DNA from: an uncultured Methanospirillum sp.
Lineage (GTDB): Archaea; Halobacteriota; Methanomicrobia; Methanomicrobiales; Methanospirillaceae
Assembly (NCBI GenBank): GCA_964637135.1
Contig: CAZWTX010000005.1
Span: 1-64,000 of the forward strand
Reading direction: 5' to 3'
DNA length: 64,000 nucleotides
Within the stretch, counting starts at the first letter, position 1. Each line of letters starts with the position of its first letter. A program made the translations under genes and the position numbers. The notes under the pieces were generated by a model. It ran no database searches, was not told where the DNA came from, and was given only the letters and a program-made list of their open reading frames with translations. This document shows positions 1-7,817 of this stretch, in pieces.

Positions 1-102
1 GTTTTCGAAAATTCAAAGAGTTTTCAACGTTATATGAGGATCTCAACAGAGCCGATAAAAGATAAACCGAAAATTCACTTTCCGGATTATGGCATGTATT
101 AG
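1..102 (+). CDS. possible 3' end of a gene entering from the left edge (VFENSKSF...PDYGMY*)
   Basis: Frame 1 is open from base 1 to TAG at 100-102; no recognisable motif. Confidence 0.25.
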   Translation, partial: VFENSKSFQRYMRISTEPIKDKPKIHFPDYGMY

Positions 103-246
103 GAGGGTCTGCATTTTCAGATTTCTCCTGTATCAACCTACAGTTTCCTCCTTATAATTCAAAAACCCGGATTTCCTTTGTTTGAAACGGAATGAAACAA
201 TCTGTTTTTGAAAAAGAATTCTATTTGTTTGATGAACAAGAGATAA

Positions 247-552
247 TTATTCCTGGCCCGAAAGCCTCCAGAAAAACTCCTCGGGACCCGGCTGCCTGCC
301 GAGGAATCCCTCTAGCAGTGTCATGCCGTCCTGGATATTTCCCGGCTCGAGGATCCATCTCCTGTAATCTGCCCCGGTTGATGAATTCGCGATTCCTTCA
401 TCCCTGAACCGGGAGAAGATATTCATCGCGTAGATCATTGACCAGAGATAACTGTAATATCCTGCATCGTATCCTCCGGTCAGGTGTCCGAAGGTGCCGA
501 TCGTATCACCGACTTCTGTTGATTCATTCTCATCCAGCATATCCCGGTACAG
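247..552 (-). pseudogene. C-terminal fragment of an M3 (thimet oligopeptidase-like) metallopeptidase
   Basis: FGHLTGGYDAGYYSYLWS and G..YRR.IL.PG...FLGR.P are typical of the M3 C-terminus. Only about 100 aa are present, with no HExxH. Confidence 0.8.
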
Positions 553-1167
553 GGTCTTGCAGTGATCATCATGGAGCCTCTGCGAGGAGGAAATCTGACC
601 AATACGATCCCGCCGGTCGTGCAGGAGAGCTGGGACAGTGCTCCATCAAAAAGAACCCCTGCTGAATGGGCACTCCGGTGGATATGGAACCATCCGGAGG
701 TTACCGTCGTTCTTTCCGGAATGAATGATGAAGGTCATGTTGAAGAGAATCTCCGGGTTGCAAACGAGGCTTTTCTTAATTCCCTTACCGAGCAGGAACT
801 TCGGATCGTGGGCTCGGTAGAGAACAAGTACCGGGAACTGATGAAAGTCAGTTGCACCGGCTGCCGGTATTGTATGCCCTGTCCGGCAGGCGTGAACATC
901 CCCCACTGTTTTGAAATGTACAATAACAAGTATCTCTCCGAAAAACCGGAAGACGCAGATTTTTTCTATATGGTGTAACTCAGCGGTCTGGTTACTACCG
1001 GAGAGGCCGAATTTGCATCAAGATGTATTCAATGCGGCCAGTGTCTTGAAAAATGCCCCCAGCATATTGACATTCCTGATGTTCTTGAATCTGTTGTGAA
1101 AGAGATGGAAAGAGATGATCTTGAACAAAGAATTGCATTAGCCCGGGATCTTTTGGGTAATGCCTGA
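553..1167 (+). pseudogene. C-terminal half of an aldo/keto reductase with 4Fe-4S dicluster domain, internal stop
   Basis: GLAVIIMEPLRGG, WALRW, VLSGM, CTGCRYCMPCP. After the in-frame TAA at 976-978 the same frame continues ASRCIQCGQCLEKCPQHIDIP to TGA at 1165-1167. The N-terminus is missing. Confidence 0.85.
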
Positions 1168-1468
1168 TTGAAGTTATCCAAAGATTCCTCTTATGATATC
1201 TACGAAAAACAGACCCTCTATTATTTGATGGGAATTCATCTGTCTTTGCTGTTCAAAATCGAAATGGGCGTATAACAGATTATGGAGATCCTAATATTGT
1301 AGAATTATAAGTTTCAACTCCTACACATTGTAGCCCATGGAAACATTGTACTGTAAATCTCAATTAAATTTCTTTTTCTATTTATATTTGGGCGGATAAT
1401 CTATCATCTCAAGAGATTGTCGAAATAGTGTCAAAACATATGGGAACAAAAGGAAAAGAGAGCCGAAT

Positions 1469-1903
1469 TTAATAAAAAAGACTTACCTTTGCAAGATATG
1501 AGGGAACAAGAAAAAGTCCCAAAATAAACCCAATAACTGCTCCACCTTGAAGAATAGTGTTTGAAACTTTTTCATCAGATATCTGCTGAATCAACCATTG
1601 ACCAATTTTTCCAGGAATCGTCCCAATAACAATACCCCAGATTATACCAATGATCGCATAGAGTGGGGAATTAATCATTTTTAGAAAACCGGTAATTATT
1701 GCCGAGATAACGAACATTATCCCAATTATAAATAGGATTCCTCCAAAAAGACCGTATGTGAAAATGCTATATCCTAAGGAGATTTTATCAAGAGTCTTTT
1801 CTACATCTTTTTTTATTATCGATTTATTTTTCCAGCCACAATTAGAACAATATCGATCACCTTCTTCAAGATTATTTCCACAATCTGGGCAAATAGATGC
1901 CAT
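1469..1903 (-). CDS. zinc-ribbon domain membrane protein (144 aa)
   Basis: MASICPDCGNNLEEGDRYCSNCG followed by about 3 hydrophobic helices; AT-rich. Confidence 0.75.
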   Translation of the reverse strand: MASICPDCGNNLEEGDRYCSNCGWKNKSIIKKDVEKTLDKISLGYSIFTYGLFGGILFIIGIMFVISAIITGFLKMINSPLYAIIGIIWGIVIGTIPGKIGQWLIQQISDEKVSNTILQGGAVIGFILGLFLVPSYLAKVSLFY

Positions 1904-1904
1904 A

Positions 1905-2072
1905 TTAATCAAAAATACTTGCAATGGCGACCATTCCGATAATTACTGCAATTAACAGAAGCAATACTTTTAGAAGGTCATTAATCTGATGAAATTCAGG
2001 TTTGTCCTGAAGACCACAACGCGAACAATAATTACCTTTCAATTCTTTTCCACATTTGGCACATTTCCCCAT
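1905..2072 (-). CDS. small zinc-ribbon protein with one C-terminal TM helix (55 aa; not in the ORF track)
   Basis: Hand translation: MGKCAKCGKELKGNYCSRCGLQDKPEFHQINDLLKVLLLLIAVIIGMVAIASIFD*. The stop lies 1 nt before the next ATG. Confidence 0.7.
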   Translation of the reverse strand: MGKCAKCGKELKGNYCSRCGLQDKPEFHQINDLLKVLLLLIAVIIGMVAIASIFD

Positions 2073-2300
2073 ATTGATCAATTCTATTAATTAAATCGAT
2101 ACGATAATGATTTTCATTTTAACTCATTACAAATACATCCACTCATCCAGAATACCAGAATTTCCATATCTTCTCTCCGGACTAGAATTTCATCCCAGAA
2201 TTCCCAAATTTTCATCCCTATTCTGCAAAATTTAAGTTACAGAGGGTTTTTACAAAACATAAATCAAGGAGAATTTTATCCTGGTCACAGAACTCGATCT

Positions 2301-2453
2301 CTCAAAGGACAGAGTCCAAACCTGTTTAACCTTCCGAACAGATGTTCGTTAGCAGATCGGTGCGATTTTGCTGCTGATGAATGCACACGTTGCCATCCTG
2401 ACCTTGTGCAGGGAACAACAGATGGAGATGTCCGGTGCCATCACACGTTCTAG
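2301..2453 (+). pseudogene. C-terminal remnant (oligo_HPY-type Cys tail) of a DppD/OppD-like ABC ATPase
   Basis: Hand translation LKGQSPNLFNLPNRCSLADRCDFAADECTRCHPDLVQGTTDGDVRCHHTF*; the upstream ATPase part is absent. Confidence 0.7.
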
Positions 2454-3106
2454 AGTTGAAAGAACTCTTAAAGTGGTACGGACACGGGGATGTCTTTTCC
2501 GATGTTTCATTTTCGGTCCGTGAGGCAAAATCGGTCGGGCTTTTTGGAGAGAGCGGCTGTGGAAAGACAACGCTTGGCCGATGTATCATGAAGCTCGAAC
2601 GGCCGAGTTCGGGGACGATTCTTCTTGATTAAATCGATCCTGGACGGTTATCCGGGAAAAAACTCAGGGAGTTCAGGCAGTCGTACCAGATGATCTTTCA
2701 GCATCCGGAGGTCTCGCTCAATCCGAGGATGACCCTGGCCGAGAGCGTGACCGAACTGCTCATCGTGCATAACCAGATGAGTTTTGACAAGGCCATCGAT
2801 GCCGTAGATCCCTTGATTTCGAGAGTCAGGCTTCGAAACGAGCATCTTTCACGATACCCGCATCAGCTCTCCGGCGGAGAAGTGCAGCGTGCTGTGCTAG
2901 CCATGATCTTCTCTCTGCAACCAAAACTGATCATTGCCGACGAACCGACGTCAATGCTTGACGTCTCGGTTCAGGCCCAGATGTTGCGTCTGATGAAAGA
3001 TCTTCAGAACGAGACGGGTGTTGCATATGTCTTCATCTCGCATGATCCGGACGTAATTTCGGTGATGTGCGATCAGATCTACTGGCTTTCGAAAGAATGG
3101 CGGTAA
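2435..3106 (+). pseudogene. DppF/OppF/NikE-like ABC ATPase with in-frame stop
   Basis: Walker A GESGCGKTT, LSGGE signature and IIADEPTSMLD lie in one frame, interrupted by TAA at 2630-2632. Confidence 0.85.
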
Positions 3107-3354
3107 GTTGTATGATCGGGAGACATTCCGGGGCCGGGTGAGAGAAGAGTATCATCCGGATTGTAAGGGAGGATGAGAAAAATGCAATTGGCAAAGTAAG
3201 AATGCACGCAATTGCTAAAAGAACTGATAAAAGGTTTTGATTCATTTCTGTAACTAAAAAATTCAGTATAAATTTTAATCAAATTATTTTAATACTCTAT
3301 AAACATTCCTCATATTATCAAATATCAGTAATCAGAGAACAACGAAAAAGGATA

Positions 3355-6300
3355 TTAATTGTTTTTATTTGAACGTTGTATTACACAATCTTGATTGAAG
3401 CCGGGGGGAAGGGGTTTAAACCTTTTATCCGAACTTAGGTAGTTTAATACTTGAAATTTTCGTAATTCTTCAATATTCAATTCACCAACTAACACAGCAC
3501 TATTTATTCCACCTCCAATTTGCGCAATATTAATTTCTTCATTATTAGTTGGTTGAATTATTCTTGATAATCCATATGTTGATGTATTTACAAAAGCTGA
3601 AAAACAATGTAAATCTCTTGAAACAGATTCAATAATATTAGAAAAGTAATTGATATCTTTATTAAATGTACATCCCACAAGTAAATCTATTTTTGATTTA
3701 AAAATTGATCTATGACAAATATCTGCTAATTCAAAGCAATTATAAACAGAAAAATTAATACCTTTCCAATTATATTTGTGGTAAATTGGGTTTTCATTTT
3801 CAGGAATATTATATCTGTATCTTTTAAGCGTTTCTATTTCTAAAGGTGAATAATGGTTTTTTAACCTAAATGACACATTACAGGATTTGTATTCGTCTTT
3901 AATAGAATATGGAAGGGAAACAACAAGAATATTATATGCTCTTGTTAAATCATCACCAGAATTTGTTAAAGAATTTACTAGTATATGCTCTACCCCAAAG
4001 ATTATTGCCATCTGATGCCTTCTTGAATAATCAATCAAATATTTCAACCAAGAATGAGGAATAGATAGTTCTGGAAATATTAATAATTCACATTGATTTT
4101 CTTTTGCCAAATTAAGGATTCTAAAAATATTATCTAGCCTATCTGAAGAACAATTAGGTTGACTTATTGGACATAAATTTGTATCAATATCACTCTCTTT
4201 CACCTGAAGATTAGCAATTCCAACCTTTATTTTTAATGATTCAGATTTATGGGCCCATATTGGAATAATTGATATAATATCATTTGGATTTTTTATCGAT
4301 TTAATGGTAGATTGTTTTTTTTCTTTTTGATTATTTAGATCTTTAGTTTGAAATGGAACACAATATTCATTATTTTGATTATAGAATGAAATTTTATGAA
4401 TGTTTGGTTTTAATATTTGATGATGGGTATAAAATTTTCCTTCGTTTCCAAAATACATATCATTAATGTATTGTTTAATTGGCTCTAAGCAATCTTCATC
4501 ATGGCAGAATAAATCAAGAGTAATTTGTTTCATGACATAAAACAGTTGGTATTCCCATAAATGAATGAAACGGGGTGTTTTTTTAATATTTTCTGATATT
4601 TCCCAATTATTTTCATCTTTAAAAAATTCATCTCGATAAAATTCTGAATCCAATAAAGAACCTGAATATCCGGTGTAATTAATTAATGGAAATGAAACAT
4701 ATCTTTCACGAATAAAAAATGTTGAGCGAAAGCAATCGGATAAATTGTATATAGTTTCTGAATTTAATTTTTCAGAGAGAGAATCACGTTGATTAATTGA
4801 AAGCAAACCTAATGGGATCGAAATTGAAAGAGCAAGATATTCTTCTAAATTTTCACGTAATTTTTTTAAAATTTCTATTTTTACATTTTTATCTTTTATT
4901 GCATCATAATTTATTATCTTATTGATGGATGCCGAAATTTCACGATAAAAATTATAAATATCGTCATCTCTTTCCTTAATTATTAACAACGAAAATATTT
5001 TTTCCCATTTAGTATAGTGATTAAAATAATTCTCTCCTTTAAAAAAATGAACAATTTGTTGAAAAATATTTTTTAGTGTTATATCATCATCATTGCATAT
5101 AGAGTACATATCAATCGTTTTAATTAAATTTACTGCCAATTTTTGAGAATTTAAAGAAATACCCCCTATGTTTCTCAACTTGTTTGTAGATTCAGTATAT
5201 AATAACTGATAAGAATATTCATCAAATTGCGATTCTAAATCTTTGTCAGGCAAATATCGAAATGCACTACTATTTAATCTCAATTGCTCTTTAATTTTAG
5301 ATATTAATGCTTTAGAATAATCTTTATCTAGAAAATGTAGCACTAATTTTTTACTTTGTATTTTTAAATTTGGATATTTATTAATATAATATTCTAATTC
5401 GAATTGACTTTTATTAAAATTTTCTTTGAAATTTTCTACAAAATCTATTAATTTTTCATCTGATTTTAGAATCTCAACACATTCTAGTAAATTTTTACTT
5501 TTACAAATAGAATTAAATCGTTCAATAATTTTTCCATTTTTTGAATCAATTACTTTAAAATTTAAAAGATTTGAATTAATAAAATATCTTAAAAAAAAAT
5601 TTTGAATATTTCTTTCGTTATTCTTATTATTTGATGTTTCTACTTCATTATTGAACTTTATTTCAGAAAAGGAAGGGTTTTGAATTACAATAATCATATC
5701 ATCCACATATCGCCCATAATATGATGGATTTAAATTTGTAGTGACCAAATCATCAAATTCTTTTAGATACCAATTTGCAAGGATTTTTGAAGAAAATAAT
5801 CCAATGGGTAAAACACTTTTTTGTTTTTCGTCAATATTATTAGTATGTAGCAAATACTTCTTAATGAGGTCAGTATAATTTAAATAAAATAGTTTTAAAA
5901 ATTGATTTAAATTAGAAATAAATAATCTATCCTTGTCTTGGATTTCGTTTTTATATTTTTTAATCGCAAATTCTGAATCATTCAATAATTTATCAAAATC
6001 TATATCCACATGATAATAATATCCTTTAATATCCATCAATAATAATGCAATATTTTTACCATCATCCAATAAGGTTTCAGCAGTTTGGATAGCACTATCT
6101 CTCCATTTTGAGTATTGTGGAACGAAGTATCGAAATAGGTGATAATTTGCATTATTTTCTTCTTTATCACCAAAATCTACACGATTGGCATAACAGGAAT
6201 GAGATATTTCTCGATCAAGATATTTTCCAATCTCTGTAACCCATAATATATCAAAAAATAAAAAAAAAACTGGAGGAAGAATAAAAAAATTTATCCCATC

Positions 6301-6639
6301 TACAGAATACTCTTCAGAATCTGTTTCATTTGTTATGAATTTACCTAAAATATTTGCATGATTAATATCTTTATAATTCTCTAATAACTCTGGATTCGCA
6401 TTAATTTTTTTAGGTAAAATACAATATTTTATCTTATTAAACCACGTTTTAAAGCACTTCTCAAAATTACAATTTTCTAAATATAATTCATTACATATTT
6501 TTTCAAATTTTAACTTATCTATCTCTAATTTGTTATCAGAAACATATTCTGCAATTAATTGACGAATAAATAAATTATCTGAATTATGGTATAATTCACT
6601 TTTTAATAATTGAAATATTTCCTCTAAATTAGGTGTCAT
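3355..6639 (-). CDS. reverse transcriptase fused to C-terminal carbon-nitrogen hydrolase (nitrilase) domain; class 3 UG/Abi RT, DRT1-like
   Basis: RT motifs MDIKGYY, LPIGLFSSKILANWYL and YYGRYVDD (nt 5698-5709). Nitrilase E-K-C triad: LLIFPELS (E at 4069-4071), RLKNHYSP (K at 3859-3861), YNCFELAD (C at 3736-3738). Confidence 0.9.
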   Translation of the reverse strand: MTPNLEEIFQLLKSELYHNSDNLFIRQLIAEYVSDNKLEIDKLKFEKICNELYLENCNFEKCFKTWFNKIKYCILPKKINANPELLENYKDINHANILGKFITNETDSEEYSVDGINFFILPPVFFLFFDILWVTEIGKYLDREISHSCYANRVDFGDKEENNANYHLFRYFVPQYSKWRDSAIQTAETLLDDGKNIALLLMDIKGYYYHVDIDFDKLLNDSEFAIKKYKNEIQDKDRLFISNLNQFLKLFYLNYTDLIKKYLLHTNNIDEKQKSVLPIGLFSSKILANWYLKEFDDLVTTNLNPSYYGRYVDDMIIVIQNPSFSEIKFNNEVETSNNKNNERNIQNFFLRYFINSNLLNFKVIDSKNGKIIERFNSICKSKNLLECVEILKSDEKLIDFVENFKENFNKSQFELEYYINKYPNLKIQSKKLVLHFLDKDYSKALISKIKEQLRLNSSAFRYLPDKDLESQFDEYSYQLLYTESTNKLRNIGGISLNSQKLAVNLIKTIDMYSICNDDDITLKNIFQQIVHFFKGENYFNHYTKWEKIFSLLIIKERDDDIYNFYREISASINKIINYDAIKDKNVKIEILKKLRENLEEYLALSISIPLGLLSINQRDSLSEKLNSETIYNLSDCFRSTFFIRERYVSFPLINYTGYSGSLLDSEFYRDEFFKDENNWEISENIKKTPRFIHLWEYQLFYVMKQITLDLFCHDEDCLEPIKQYINDMYFGNEGKFYTHHQILKPNIHKISFYNQNNEYCVPFQTKDLNNQKEKKQSTIKSIKNPNDIISIIPIWAHKSESLKIKVGIANLQVKESDIDTNLCPISQPNCSSDRLDNIFRILNLAKENQCELLIFPELSIPHSWLKYLIDYSRRHQMAIIFGVEHILVNSLTNSGDDLTRAYNILVVSLPYSIKDEYKSCNVSFRLKNHYSPLEIETLKRYRYNIPENENPIYHKYNWKGINFSVYNCFELADICHRSIFKSKIDLLVGCTFNKDINYFSNIIESVSRDLHCFSAFVNTSTYGLSRIIQPTNNEEINIAQIGGGINSAVLVGELNIEELRKFQVLNYLSSDKRFKPLPPGFNQDCVIQRSNKNN

Positions 6640-6715
6640 TTAATTTTAAGAATGTAATTATTATAATATTTAAATCATATACATATTGTACTATCATATC
6701 AATTGCTCGATTACT
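6640..6715. promoter_or_regulatory. divergent promoter region for the RT-nitrilase and exonuclease genes
   Basis: 76-bp intergenic between head-to-head ATGs, with TATA-like TTATTATAATATTTAAAT. Confidence 0.55.
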
Positions 6716-7321
6716 ATGTTATTATTCATCGATACGGAAACTACAGGTTTACCACTAAATTTCAAGATATCACCAAGAGAATCCTTATCAAATTGGCCAT
6801 ACATTATTCAAATTGCCTGGATAATAGCAGATAATGATTTCAACATTATTGAAAGCCGAAATTTTCTCCGATATCCGAATGAATTTACAATTCCTTTAGA
6901 CTCCATTAAAATTCATGGCATTAATAATGAATATGCAAAAGAACATGGTATTTCAATTTATAATATTGTAGGTCAATTTATTATGGATTTAGATGGAGTA
7001 AATTGGATAATCACTCATAATGCCGATTTTGATATGAATGTCTTACGAGCAGAATTCATTCGTCTCAATTTAGATTTTAACATTGAGAAATTTAACATCT
7101 TTTGTTCAATGAAATCTGAAGATATAATTAATTTCTGTGAAATTAAACATCAATATCGAGAAGTATTTAAATGGCCTAAATTAAACGAATTGTATTTAAA
7201 ATTGTTCAATTCAAATATAGACGATGCACATGATGCTTCATCAGATGTGATGGCCACATATCTCTCTATTAAAAAATTAGTTGAACTAAATATAATCTCT
7301 TTGGAAAAAACTACCTTCTAA
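6716..7321 (+). CDS. DEDDh (DnaQ-like) 3'-5' exonuclease
   Basis: ExoI FIDTETTG, IHGI, ExoII HNADFD, ExoIII AHDASSDV; ATG at 6716. Confidence 0.92.
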   Translation: MLLFIDTETTGLPLNFKISPRESLSNWPYIIQIAWIIADNDFNIIESRNFLRYPNEFTIPLDSIKIHGINNEYAKEHGISIYNIVGQFIMDLDGVNWIITHNADFDMNVLRAEFIRLNLDFNIEKFNIFCSMKSEDIINFCEIKHQYREVFKWPKLNELYLKLFNSNIDDAHDASSDVMATYLSIKKLVELNIISLEKTTF

Positions 7322-7657
7322 TATTATTGTCCATTCCAAAAGGATTTTTGTTTTTTATTAGGTTCTCGTAAGACCCTAAAATATGTCTATATATTGCTCA
7401 AATGTCAACAGGATTAAGGAAAAGGCATCTATTGTAACCCAATATAGTATGAGTTATCGGGACATTTTTGTATTAAAGAGTAGATCACTCTATCTTGAAA
7501 ATTCATGAAAATCATTTCCCTCTAATTCACACGGAAATAACCTGAATCCTTCGAGTATGGATAAACGATATCATCCTCTCGACAGTAGATAGGATTCAGA
7601 TTTACGACTCCGTTCAATCTAATTAGGACTCTAATAAAAAGTGATAAATTATAAAGG

Positions 7658-7670
7658 GATTTGAACTCCC
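7658..7670. repeat. 13-bp direct copy of part of the tRNA T-arm (GATTTGAACTCCC), also at 7691-7703
   Basis: Exact 13-bp match, 8 bp beyond the tRNA 3' end. Confidence 0.7.
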
Positions 7671-7678
7671 TCCCAAAA

Positions 7679-7763
7679 CGCCGAAGGGGAGATTTGAACT
7701 CCCGTGGTGCGTGGCACCAGTGGTTTTCGAGACCACCGCCTTCCCGGACTAGACTACCTCGGC
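7679..7763 (-). tRNA. tRNA-Ser(CGA)
   Basis: GCCGAGG/CTTCGGC acceptor stem, anticodon arm GTGGT-CTCGAAA-ACCAC, long variable arm, GTTCAAATC T-loop, G discriminator, CCA not encoded. Confidence 0.97.
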
Positions 7764-7817
7764 AATACTCGTATTCGTAGCACTCTGAAATTCTTAAGGA
7801 TATCGAAAAAATTGGGG

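Larger units (their letters stand above)
1..7678. mobile_element. accessory/genomic-island region at the 3' end of tRNA-Ser (left boundary outside the window or undefined)
   Basis: Strong AT-rich blocks (about 1170-2290 and 3240-7670) alternate with pseudogene fragments. Composition switches abruptly at the tRNA, whose 3' end faces the region. No integrase is visible in the window. Confidence 0.6.

Noticed and set aside
178..240. GTTTGAAAC / GAAAC words resembling CRISPR repeat ends
   Set aside because: No regularly spaced identical repeats and no cas genes in the window
976..978. Stop-codon readthrough (Sec/Pyl) in the reductase or ABC ATPase (also 2630-2632)
   Set aside because: Both stops are TAA, not TGA or TAG, and both loci are also truncated or incomplete, so pseudogenisation is simpler
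2140..2225. Degenerate CCAGAAT / TTTCATCCC repeats
   Set aside because: Short, irregularly spaced and low complexity; no array structure
3355..6639. RT as a group II intron, DGR, retron or CRISPR-associated RT
   Set aside because: No intron domain V/VI, no TR/VR pair, no msr-msd or VTG retron motif and no cas1 seen; the nitrilase fusion points to UG/Abi class 3
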